Below are positions 48,601 to 60,911 of a stretch of 64,000 bases of DNA, piece by piece. Source of the stretch: Massalongia carnosa (Eukaryota); NCBI GenBank assembly GCA_965645245.1, contig OZ287074.1, positions 2,294,001 through 2,358,000 on the forward strand, given 5' to 3'. The notes beneath the pieces are model-generated. The model worked only from the letters and a program-made list of their open reading frames with translations. It did not search any database and was not told where the DNA came from. The translations under genes were made by a program, and so were the position numbers. The stretch's first letter is position 1. Each line of letters starts with the position of its first letter.

Positions 48601-51315
48601 ATCACGGAAATAGATTCTGATGAAGGAGAAGGAGAGGGAGATCACACACAAAACATAGGGGAAAATGTTGAAAGCATGGAATCGCAAGATGGGAATGTGC
48701 AGGAATTGGTCTCTTCACAAGTGAAATAGAGAACTTACCTTCCAACACCAACCCCATCCGAATCATTCACAAAAAGCACGAAAGCAAAGAAAGCTGCTAA
48801 ACCAAAAGCATCAAAAGATATCAACTCCAGTCTCGATACGAATAATATCTTGCCTGAGGGGGTGGGAAGACGCCGCATACCCAATCAACGAAAGGAAACG
48901 TACGCAATAGTGTTAGCAGATGCTAATAACGGCGAGTTAAATTCTTATCATGCTGCATTCTCAGCCCACATCATGGCAAGTTCTTATTACATCACCAATA
49001 AAGAATCTAGCAAAGAATCTAGCAAAAATAACACGCTGATTCTAAGCACCCGGTTTCATAGAGATAGCCTACCTCCCGAACCTGACCATTATCGTCAAAT
49101 GCTAAAGCACCCGTATGCAGAAGGCTTCAAGCTAGCCATGAAGGTAGAGGTTCAGGCCCTTATTGCTAAGAATACCTGGACTGAAGTAGGACACGAAGCA
49201 GCTGTTATTGCTGGCAAAACACCGATACCAACGAGACGGGTATTCAAATATAAATTCGATGAAAAAGGCTATCTAGTCAACTACAAATCAAGATTATGCG
49301 CTAGGGGTGATCTTCAACGCACCGAGCAAGATACATTCGCAGCAACATTGGCTGCACGAATCTTTCGAGCGTTAATGGCAATCCTAGCAGCATTTGATCT
49401 CGAAACACGGCAATACGATGCGGTAAATGCATTCGCAAATAGCCCTATTGATGAACCAACCTACTGTAGGTTACCTGAAGGGTGGCCTGGGTCAGCATCT
49501 GGAGCTGTTAATATTCTACTATTGCTATTGCGAGCATTGTACGGTCTAAAGCAATCACCGGCCCTATGGTATCGGAATTTATCAGAGGCTCTTATAGAAT
49601 TGAACCTTGAACCAATCTAGGGAGTGGACTGCCTCTTTATCAGCCAGGATAGTCATATACTGCTATTCTTCTTCGTGGACGATATCGTTCTGCTTTATGA
49701 TCGGCGGTATACCGATCAAGTAGACCAGTTTCAGGATCTATTATTCCAGAAATATGAGATGCGATATTTAGGACCACTATAATGGTTTTTGGGTATTCAC
49801 ATTCAAAGAGAAGGAAGTGTTAGAAAGCTCTGGCTATCTCAGGAATCCTATATCGAAAAATTGATAGCTAAGTTCAACATTAATATAAATACCGATATCA
49901 CTAAACGAGCGAGAGACTCGCCATTACAAACAGAAGAATTAACGAAAAATCCTTCTACAGCTACACCACAGGAAATCCATTCTTATCAACAGCGAGTAGG
50001 TTCATTGAACTTTGCCGCAGTCATTACCAGGCCAGATGTAGCCCAATCAGCTTCTAAACTATCAGAATTCCTAACCAACCCATCCAAACACCATATGGAT
50101 TGCGTCAATCGTACTCTCAAATATCTGGCACATACAAAACATCTATCTATTGTGTTCAGTTCGAGAGCTAATCCACAAACCATCTTCCTAGCAAGCAGCG
50201 ATGCTTCATTTGCTGACGATACGATTACTAGATACAGCTCTCAGGGATACGCATTTAAACTCTACAACGGAATGATAGATTGGAAAGCTTCCAAACAGAG
50301 GACTATAACGACCAGCTCCATTGAAGCCGAATTACTAGCTATATCTGCAGCAGGCAAGGAGCTAATCTGGTGGACTCGGTTTTTCCAATCCATCCATCTG
50401 GAGTTGAATCATATCACTAGCATTCAATGTGATAATATGCAGACCATAAGAGCACTAACCACCAATCGATTAATTACCAAACTGAGGCATGTGGATATTC
50501 ACAAACACTGGCTAAGACAGGAGATCGCTCTCGGAAAGATAAGCATAGAATGGGTATCAACCACCAACATTCTAGCTGACGGATTAACCAAATCACTACC
50601 ACCTCAACGTCGTAAAGAGTTCGTGAGGCTACTCGGCCTCGGGGGTGCGGAGAATAACAATACTAAAGAGGTTGATAAAGATCTTCTCCATAGAGAAGAA
50701 GAAGATCTTCACCAAGGGGGTGTGTTAACCGATTAGACCACACTAATTGGTAGGTGGCCTGCTAATATCACCACTAATAGAAGTGTCACTCGGTTAGCAA
50801 GTGTTGCACTTAGTGAATGGCTGGCTACTGAGTACACACAAAGGTGATGGGATAAGATATATCAAGCTGATTATCGCTTAGATATGCGTAAGCTTTCCAG
50901 CTTATTTGTTAGGTACGTTTACGTTCTAAAAGAGACTCGTTTTAGATTTGATAAATTGATCTAGTTTATTTAGGATAGTTGTTTATGATAGAAATCATCT
51001 CTAGCTAAATATCTATTTTATCCCATCATCTTTTGTATGTACTCGGTAGCCAGCCATTCACTAAGTGCAACACTTGCTAACCGAGTGACACTTCTATTAG
51101 TGGTGATATTGGCAGGCCACCTACCAATTAGTGTGGTCTAATCGGTTAACAAGATAAAATAGATATTTAGCTAGAGATGATTTCTATCATCAACAACCAT
51201 CCTAAATAAACCAGATCAATTTATCAAATCCAAAACGAGTATCTTTAGAACGTAAAACCTACCTAAAAAATAAGCTGGAAAGCTTACGCATATCTAAGAG
51301 ATAACCAGCTTGATA
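45690..51315 (+). mobile_element. Full-length but degenerate Ty1/Copia retrotransposon
   Basis: LTRs 45690-45985 and 50723-51315 (interrupted), TTTAT TSD, PBS-like GTCATGAGCCC and PPT. Domain order gag, PR (WILDNGS), IN (HHCC, RSDGE, QNGHSER), RT (ALYGLKQS, FVDD), RNase H (SDASF, LADGLTK), with several stops. Confidence 0.93.
50860..51151 (-). mobile_element. Inverted solo LTR of the same Copia family inserted in the 3' LTR
   Basis: Reverse complement of the 45690-45985 LTR, flanked by AGATA TSD (50855-50859, 51152-51156). Confidence 0.9.
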
Positions 51316-51654
51316 TTTATTTATTCATTAAGCGTATGCATCCTTAGGATATGACGCTGTGACTGCTATTAATGTACATAAACAACAGTCAGGAAGTGGG
51401 AACCTGGCCCCCAGGGTTAAACCACTCCCTTTTATTCCATATTGAACGCAACGAGATCGTTCTTCTACCACGCGGTGCATACACCCAGATCTTCAAGCGC
51501 TAGGAATCCTATAGACCCGATGAACTAGACAGTGTATCTCCACATGTTCGACGAACATTCTCTCTCTTTAACCGTTTTGACTCAATAGATGATAGACTGG
51601 CCATGATCGAGGGCGGATTGTGGTGTCGTATAAATAAAGATGTGAAAAACATGG

Positions 51655-51850
51655 CAATTCCGAATGAATGGGCTTTTTCGATGAGGTGAGAGGCTTCCGC
51701 CTGGGGGGTTGCCATTCCGACTGAATGGGCTTTTTCGATGAGGTGAAAGGCTTCCGCCTGGGGGGTGTGGCCATTTCGACTAAATGGGCTTTTTCGATGA
51801 GGTGAAAGGCTTCCGCCTGAGGGGTGTGGCCATTCCGAATGAATGGGCTT
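51655..51850. repeat. ~58-bp tandem repeat, about 3.3 copies
   Basis: The unit TTCCGAATGAATGGGCTTTTTCGATGAGGTGA.AGGCTTCCGCCTG... recurs. Confidence 0.85.
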
Positions 51851-52754
51851 TGTATGCCTTCGAAGTGGTGAATGATTAGTAGAGAAGTTGATCATTCAAA
51901 CGGCCACTGAGGTGGGCTTTAGCGTTGGCGATGATTAGATATTGGCCACCTCTGAGGAGGTGTTGATAACCTGCACCACGTAGAGGTTTCTGACCTAGCA
52001 GGCCTGCGCCCACGTTTAACATGGGCGCTTGACGAATAGTCGAACATTTGACGTGTAAATAGTTGCTTTTTGACTATTGATTACCTTTACCTTTCTTTGT
52101 CCAATGATGATAATTGTTATATTGACTCTTTTGTGTCGTTAAAAGCATTTGAATCCAATAATTTCATTAATTAACTTTGTTGTTTTAGTAACGATTGCAA
52201 CAAATCTTGCGTATGTCAAATGCACTGCTTTTGTTTCCTTTTCGAGGGCTTGATGCCTCAACTCAGCAAAGATTATATTGATATAAACTTACTCTCTCGC
52301 TGTGACCCATCAAAAGCCTGTACCTTTTTTTCCCGTATTCGTACTCTCCAATAGCATGTTGAATTAGAGTTGCTATGAATACGATCACTTCTCCTCGAAG
52401 TGGATTGAACAAATGCGCAGTGTCGGTATTGCGTCCATAACTGCAGTCATTGTCGTTATTGAAGAATATCAGAGTAATTGCCTTTATCAAGATAGGCGCG
52501 AGAAACTGCTTTTTCGGAGCCTACTCGCGAGGTACAGTCGACTGCAAAAGGTTGGTCGCGACCCTGAATTTGGGACCACACATCAAATATTTACGCGAAA
52601 ATGGCAAAATGCCGGCAAAAATCCGAATAACTACCCTCACCGCCTACATGCCAATGAAGTCGTACTACTGGTCAGTATTGAAGCGACTTGTAGATTAGTA
52701 TATGTAGATGCCATTCCCCGTCTTTTTCCCTCTCTCCTCTGCCATTTTCCCAAA

Positions 52755-53790
52755 ATGCCCCCCCCTCTCAGTGAGGCCCTTCGTGAGACAATCACGCTTC
52801 GTTTCGTACGAGGTGACAGCAATAAGACAATTGCATCTGTCACTGGTGTTGGCATCAGACAGATTCAACGAATGAGACGTAATTGGACTCATTTTGGAGA
52901 TGTGGTTCTACCTCAATTGTCAATTGGACATCGCCCTCGTAAACTCAGTCAATTTCATGAGATTGAACTTCTGAAATATCTGGAGCAACGTCCGCATGCC
53001 TATCTGGATGAAATTTACTGGTTCATTTGGGACGAATTTCAGATCTCTGCAGATGAGACCACCGTTGGTCATGCCCTAAAAAGGCTTGGTTGGAATCGAA
53101 AGAAGGTGATCAAACAAGCAGCTCAAAGAAATCAAGGCCTTCGAGATGGATGGATGCAGAGACTCGGAGAATGGACTGCAGAGCAATTGATCTTTTTGGA
53201 CGAAAGGGCAGCTTGCTAAAGAACCGGTTATTTCCTATCTCATCTTTCATCCCATCTTCGTCATTTTTCTGACTTTCTGACTAGGTGATCGACGATACGG
53301 ATGGGCTCAGGCAGGCGTCCCTCCAATCATGATTCAGGATTTGAAAAGATCAAAGAGATGGAGCATTCTTCCTGCATTTACCGTCGATGGATATATAGCT
53401 TGGGAGGTGCATCAGGGCTCCATAACTGCCGAAATTTTCAACGACTTCGTTCGAAATCAGGTTCTTCCTCAGACGACTGCCAATGGAGGTCCTAGATCTG
53501 TTTTAGTACTAGATAATGCCAGCATTCATTGGAATCAGGAGCTTATTCAGATGTGCGAGACAGCCAACGTCACCTTGGCACGACTACCTCCTTATTCTCC
53601 AGATTTCAATCCAATTGAAACGTCGTTTGCATTGCTAAAGGCATGGATTCGGCGGAATGGAGAAATGAGTCTTTCGTACACGGAGGAGTATGGGGATTCG
53701 GACAATTTCTTCGGGATGCAGTCAAAGATCTGAGAATGGGAGACCCGGGAAATTTATTTAGATTGGCTGGCATTCAGTATCCAACCATTT
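52755..53790 (+). pseudogene. IS630/Tc1-like DDE transposase, disrupted; probable intron ~53227-53284
   Basis: HTH region, IFLDE, RRYGWA, LVLDNASIH and LPPYSPDFNPIE; in-frame stop at ~53217. Confidence 0.8.
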
Positions 53791-53813
53791 CAATCTGATT
53801 AGATACATAGTAT

Positions 53814-54289
53814 CTAATCCTCATCTTCATCTTCGGCATAATCGTATTCTAGACTATGCGTCTCATCTTCCTCAATTGTATCTCTCACTCCAGATCCTAC
53901 CTCCCCGCCCCCGTCCACCTCCCCATCCTCCATCCCCTTATCCACCCGAGTGACCGCCTGAGTGACCGCCTGAGTGGCCATTTGCGATGTCGGTAAATAG
54001 CGTTGACGCCGAGGGGGAGACGGGGGCATTTGCTGAGATATCTGTCGAGACATTTGTCGAGACATTAGCAAAGGCATTTGCCGAGACATTTCTCTTCCAA
54101 ATTTACTGACGTCTCGCGCCAGTTGAATCCCGATTCCCGGAGGAATTCCTAGTTCCTGCCAGAACGTCTGATGCTCGATGCCTTTCAAGGATTGAACGGT
54201 CATCAGATCGTACCCACCTTCCATCAATCGATCGCAGGCGTTGGTGAGCACTCCTTTCAAATGAACTGACGCAGGCTCCTCCAAATGCA
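53814..54289 (-). pseudogene. C-terminal fragment of a protein with an LGIPxG helical motif, similar to the 59294-60634 product
   Basis: YDLMTVQSL...WQELGIPPGIGIQLARDVSKF versus WSLEDLRDM...AIQLGIPDGWARAFKTDLRTF. Confidence 0.45.
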
Positions 54290-56601
54290 TTGGGACTAGT
54301 TATCGTAATAGACGCGTTAGACGAGTGCGAGCGAGATGAAGATATAAAAGTAATCCTTCAACTTCTCGCACGAACTAAGTGTCTTTGGCCGATCTCGTTA
54401 CGGGCTTTTGTAACGAGCAGACCGGAACTCCCCATTCGTCTCAGTTTCAAGCAAATGTTAGACGGAACGTATCAGGACCTAATTCTTCACGATATACCAA
54501 AAAAGACAATTGAACATGACATAACGCTCTTCTTAGAGCATGAGCTCAGGATGATAGGCGAGCAGCGCTCATTGCCCCAAGACTGGCCTAGCAAGAATCA
54601 AATCCAGGCCCTAGTTGAGATGGCCATTCCCCTGTTTATCTTCGCTGCCACGGCCTGTCGATTTATTGAAGATAAACGAGACAATCCTAAAAAGCGCTTG
54701 GAGATCATTCTTCAGTATCAAACGACAAATCAGGTCTCCAAGCTGGATAGAACGTATCTTCCAATTCTAAATAAGTTATTTGATGATAAAGACGAGGTAG
54801 ACAAAGAGAGGAGGACTAGCGAATCCCGAGAATTAGTTGGGAGTATTGTTGTTCTGGAGAGTCCACTCTCGATTGTCCCACTTGCACACCTCCTTAATAT
54901 TCCTAAAGAGGATATTAGCTGCAGGCTAGACTTACTACACTCTGTGCTCAGCATCCCTGTTGACGAGGATATGCCCATAAGGCTTCTACATTTATCTTTT
55001 CGTGACTTTCTCCTTGATACTCAAAAGCGTGGGAAGAGCCCCTTCTGGGTAGACGAGTGGGAAACGCATAAGAGGTTAGCTAGCAAGTGCCTTCAACTAA
55101 TGTCCAGTCCAAAGGGTCTAAGGCAAAACATGTGCAACTTAACGAGGCCTGGAACTCTAAGAAGCGAGCTCAATAATCAGATAATAGACAATGCTTTATC
55201 ACTAGAAGTCCGATACGCCTGCCGCTACTGGGCGCACCACTTAGAGCAGAGTAAAGGCTGTATCCGTGACGGAGACCTAGTTCACGTGTTTCTACAAAAG
55301 TACTTCCTTTACTGGCTAGAAGCTATGAGTCTTATGGGAGAGTCATCCGTAAGCATTTGTATAATTAACAACCTGCAACCGCTTACAAATGTAAAGTATT
55401 ATTAGGCCCTTTGTATTGGTTCCTATTCTTACTTGTCAATCTAGGCCGATAAAAGTGCCGCGATATCGGCTTTTCTTCACGATGGAAAGCGCTTTGCCCT
55501 GCGGAACAGATCAATACTAGAAGAGGTACCTCTACAACTCTAATCTTCAGCCTTAATCTTCGCTCCAGAGATGAGTATAACACGGAAAACATTCGACGAT
55601 CATATTCCTAAATGGATTACTAGACTACCAAAGGTACAAAAAGATTGGAATGCCTTACTGCAGGCGCTCGAGGGTCACTCGCGCTGGGTCAACGCTGTAG
55701 CCTTCTCGCCGGACGGCCAGCTGATAGCGTCTGCCTCGGGCGACAAGACGATCCGACTCTGGGACGCAGGTACAGGGTCTTGCCGCAGCACGCTCGAGGG
55801 TCACTCGGACTGGGTCAGCGCTGTAGTCTTCTCGCCGGACGGCCAGCTGATAGCGTCTGCCTCGGACGACAAGACGATCCGACTCTGGGACGCAGGTACA
55901 GGGTCTTGCCGCAGCACGCTCGAGGGTCACTCGGACTGGGTCAGCGCTGTAGCTTTCTCGCCGGACGGCCAGCTGATAGCGTCTGCCTCGGGCGACAACA
56001 CGATCTGACTCTGGGACGCAGGTACAGGGTCTTGCCACAGCACGCTCGAGGGTCACTCGAACTGGGTCAGGGCTGTAGCTTTCTCGCCGGACGGCCAGCT
56101 GATAGCGTCTGCCTCGGACGACAAGACAATCCGGCTCTGGAACGCAGGTACAGGGTCTTGTCGCAGCACGCTCGAGAGTCACTCGGACTGGGTCAGCGCT
56201 GTAGCTTTCTCGCCGGACGGCCAGCTGATAGCGTCTGCCTCGGGCGACAACACGATCCGACTCTGGGACGCAGGTACAGGGTCTTGCCGCAGCACGCTCG
56301 AGGGTCACTCGAACTGGGTCAACGCTGTAGCCTTCTCGCCAGATGGTTCACATCTAAAGACTGATAGAGGGCAAATCTCCATTCCTTTATCTCTCCATAG
56401 TGCTTCATTCCGTCAGGAAAAAGAGCTATGTTCTGTCTTTGTTGAAGATCAATGGATAGCTTTTAAAGAACAACGTTTTCTTTGGCTTCCATCCGACTAT
56501 CGACCGATGCGTTCAGCTATTTACGGGAACTTTATCTGCTTGGGACATGTATCTGGTCATCTTACCTTTCTCGAGTTTAATTTTGAAAGTATGCCTCCAT
56601 A
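54290..56601 (+). pseudogene. 5'-truncated NACHT-WD40 (HET-E/NWD-like) NLR pseudogene
   Basis: Begins at Walker B (LVIVIDALDEC); TSRPE, LFIFAAT, LHLSFRDFL and YACRYW follow. Intron ~55391-55444, stops at ~55541 and 56006, about five near-identical 126-bp WD40 repeats (55666-56345). Confidence 0.88.
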
Positions 56602-57301
56602 AAGATAGATGGGTTCTATGCACGTGAGAAAGGCCTACTATCACAAGGGGGATGACTAAGAAATAAACGACGGAGAAGAAAACGCACACATTGTGCTTTC
56701 CTCTTCTCTCAGTTTCTCATCATCATTCTTCTGAACTGATAGGCCTTTGCATCCATCCTGCATCATCCATTCTCCATCTCATTCATCCATTTGCACATCT
56801 ACAGCATCCAGTACCTTTACTAGCCAGCTCTTCTAGCCTGCTTCCTCGCTTTTGGTCGTAAACCCGTACATCCATCAACGGAAAAGTTTCGACCATTTGC
56901 CGATTTTAGTAAAATCGCGGCGTAAAGGGTGTTGGAGGAGCTTTTGAGCGGCGAAAGTACAGGAACATCAAACTTGCCGCCTCTCAACATCAGTGGATGA
57001 TGAGTACCGCGAGACATAATGTATATATAAATTGTACAGTTTCATTCGGCGATTCCGAATCTGCAGGAACTAACGTTGTCGCATTAATATGAAGTAGTAA
57101 ATCCAATAAAACAACTCGGCTTCATTGAACATGAGATCCCGCTTGCGCGCACTTCGCGGATAAGCGAGAACCCACCCAAATATCGATCCACATCATGAAA
57201 ATTCAACCTCCGAGTTTGCGATTATCATCATTGTAATAGGGTAGGCCTAGTATGCGTTCGTTGAACGTAAGACTGGCCTATGTGGCTATGTGGGATACGT
57301 A

Positions 57302-58643
57302 CAGTACTAGGCCAAAAGTCTGCGGCCCCGCACCCCACCAACATTTCAATCATTCTATTCAATCAACAATCAACCACGTCACGATTGCTGAAATGTCTTG
57401 AAACTTTACATAATGATTACATACATACTAAACAAGAATTCCCCCAAAAATTGATTTTTAATATTTAGTATACCATCCTTCCGACGCTATACACGCTTTT
57501 ATCCTCCTATTCATGCTCTCTATTAACCTCCTCATCATTTTCACATCTATCAACGTCCAGGCTTCTTCTAACGCTTTCCAAAGTACCTCACGAACAGTTT
57601 CATCACTGCCGATCACCAAATTTATGTTCGGGTTGACTTGATAGACGAGCTTTTTGAGCACATACCAAACGTGCTCGATGGGATTTAAATCAGGTGAATA
57701 GGGGGGCCAATCGATGACCTATATGCCGTTCTCATTGAACCATTCCATCACCTTTTTAGCCTTATGTATAGGTGCGTTATCCTGCATGAAAATGAGGCCC
57801 GGTTGCCAAATTCCAAGCAGATTATCGTTCAATAATTCCTTCCATATATGAGTTCGCCGAGTACCCCATCTTCTTCGCAGCCAAATCACGAGCCAATTTG
57901 TAAAGATCTAACCTGTCATCTCCCCAAAAAGCTGCCCAGACCATGATACTGACTCCTTTGCCTTTGGGGACAGGTTGTATCATCTCTTTATTCCATTTTT
58001 CTTTCGGCAATCTGAACACCCACTGACGCTGTTTTCCTGACCCCTTTTCCACCGAGCACTCATCTGACCATATAACTTTTGACCACTGCTCAAAAGTCCA
58101 CTCACGCCGCAGCAAGCACCAATCCAATCGTTTCTTGGCCACCTCAGGCGTCAATAAAGGTCGTTTTTTAGCTCCCCAGGTTGGTTAAACCATACAGTTT
58201 GAGTGCCCGATAAATAGTCGTACGACTGCAGCCGAGCCCCACTTCTAGTTTGATTTGTGCATAAGTGATTCGTGGATTGATTCGTGCATGCTTGATGATA
58301 TAACGTCGATCGCGTTCTGACAGCACTTCAGGCCGTCCAGAACGTGATTTAGATACGCCGTCGTTGCGAATTGAGTGCTTCTGAATGGTGCTCTACACGG
58401 TCGATTTAGTGAAATTAAGAGTCTTCCCAATCTCGGTCGGTGTGTGCCCCAACGCCTGGGCCCCAACAATCATACCACGTTGATATGGCGTCAATTCAGT
58501 GTTACGAGGCCGATTACCACTTATGGGGGTCAAAGAAGCACGAAGCATGGTGAAATGATGAGGTGGAAGATGGGGGTTGATGAGTTGAAAACGCGAAATC
58601 ACGAAAATTACGGGTTGGGCCGCAGACTTTTGGCACGGGACTG
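57302..58643 (-). mobile_element. Second Tc1/impala-like transposon, frameshifted
   Basis: CAGT-starting TIRs, TA TSD, transposase fragments highly similar to 25844-27181. Confidence 0.9.
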
Positions 58644-58750
58644 TACAGCCAAAACAGCCACCAAGACAATAAGGTCCCGCCTAACCCAGTTAGGCATAGT
58701 GTGGGGACTTAACTAATTATGGAGGTGTTTTCGTAGTATATAGAAATTAT

Positions 58751-60634
58751 TATGCCTCCAAATAGACGGAGTAAAAAGGGACCAGTTAACAAGTTTTGCC
58801 GCCGGCGCCAACTCGGGGGGGTCGTCGCCGCCAAGTTCCTGCTCGCCTACGAAGCTCGCCCACCCCTCTTGGTCCTAACCCTCAAACCCCGCTCCAGGGT
58901 GCACGCCGTCCCCACGAGAGCCCTCCTCCTAATCCTCCTAACCCTCCTTCTTCTCCTCCTGTCGGCGCCCGTCTTCCAGCCCCTCCATTGTTTCCTCCCT
59001 TAGATGCTCGACCTCGACCCCCCCCGGTTCCACGCCGCCCGAGTGCTCGTGACGACCATACACCGGTATTCACCATGAAAACGCCCAAGATTCCCGGCAG
59101 TACTCGCGAGCGGAAGGCGGAGCGTGTGTTATGGCGTGCACATTTGGAGAGAAGCAAGGAGGCCGCCGCGCGAGCAAGAGCGAGACGAGATAGGGAGGAT
59201 GAAGAATGGGAAGCGGAGGTCAATCAATCCGGGGAACCGGAAGCCCGACGATGACGACTGGAAGAAATAGAGGTTAATAAAGAATTAGACAAATTGACTA
59301 CATCGGACATTCAGGAAGATGAGGCCGAAGATCTAGTATCAGATCCTATGTTGACCGTTCATGCTAGACTTCGTGTCAATGGTAGAGTTATATGGACCTC
59401 ATCGCTAGGTTCTAAAAAACGAAGCGTTTTCAGTATATGGGATTTCGAACAGACATTGGAGACTGAGATTGAGAAAAGGAACGGGCATACTAAAGGATGG
59501 ACGACGACCTCCATCGTCGTCATTATTAAGGCCATTCATAGTCGGGCCAGGAATGTCCATCAAACCATTGATAATTATACTGAGATTGAATGGGAAAAGG
59601 TTCTAATTGTCATTGATGATGAATCTCGTAAATGGAAGCCAGATATCACTATTAAGATCGAAATTTCGATGGAAGAACCGAAGCAATCAAATCCCCCTGA
59701 CATATTACTAGATGCAACTGAATCATCTACTATTATTACTACACCTACCGACCGAAGGACTAGAACTCATCAATTATTAGAACGTCAACGAGATCAAGGT
59801 GAGATCCTTATTAATGCAGGTGATTTTGATAGACAGTTGGTGAATCGATGGGTTTGTCACGATGATCGATGTACGAATCAAAATAACTTCTGTTTCGTTG
59901 ATGAAGATGGGCTTCATTATGATCTTTCTCATACATTGCAAAGAGTTTGGGCTAAGGCTCTCGCTCGCGGCGACATCAGTGCTTCCCTAGATAATCCACC
60001 ACCAACATTGTATAGGTTCATACTACGACAGGGGCCGGTGGGTCTCAACTCTAGGAAGACGAGAATACAGGAAGGACGGGAGGATTCCAGAAAAGATCGC
60101 GATGAGACGAAAAGCTTCATGGGTGAAATGATGCAATTCACAAAGCAATCGATGGAAATGCGTATGCAGGAATCGATGATGGACCAAATGGAAAGAATGA
60201 GTGAAAGAATGAGTAATGTTCGTCGCCCCCCTCCCCCTCCTGTTTATTCTCAACCATCATCTTCTTCGGTCCCCGAACCCATCATCCCCCCACCCCCTGC
60301 GGCACCAAGGCCTCGCTCGAAACCGTTGACTAGGTCAAGCCCCATATGCAACCCCGAGGATGAGGAGTTTGCTATGGAGGATTTCCTCAATTGGAAAGGG
60401 GAGCCATTGCAGAGTCAAAGAGCCAAGGATAGATGGAATGGGGTTAAGGAGATTGTTCAAAACGAGATGTGGTCTTTGGAGGATTTGAGAGATATGTCAG
60501 AAACGAGCTCACATATATATAAACGGGCAATTCAACTGGGCATACCTGATGGATGGGCACGAGCATTCAAAACTGATCTCCGTACATTCAAACCGCAATG
60601 GCGACATGGAGTTGATAAGGGGGATGTGCCATAG
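58751..60634 (+). CDS. Hypothetical protein, probably transposon-associated (Pro-rich N-terminus, Cys/His cluster, LGIPDG C-terminal motif); a stop at ~59252 separates ORFs 58796-59254 and 59294-60634
   Basis: 446-aa ORF with WVCHDDRCTNQNNFCF..HY; the upstream ORF is in the same frame. Confidence 0.5.
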
Positions 60635-60911
60635 GAAGAGGTGGGAATAATTGGCTATATAGGTAGGGTTGGAAGGGTTGGAAGGATTATGCGTTTATGG
60701 ATATTCGGGGTTAATCGATATCTTTTTTCATGCTTATAATATGATGGAAACATTTGCATACATCAACACTCGTAATTCTAACAGCCGAATGGCATCACAC
60801 TATGCAAAAACACCTGTTTTTGGTGACGATGGAGCTGGAGCTATGGGCTCAAAATGGGGAACGATAAGTTGATACTGTCGCTCTGTCAGATATCTTCGAC
60901 CCTGCTTTCAA

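Noticed and set aside
55645..56364. 239-aa and 217-aa alternative-frame ORFs
   Set aside because: Shadow frames of the WD40 repeats.
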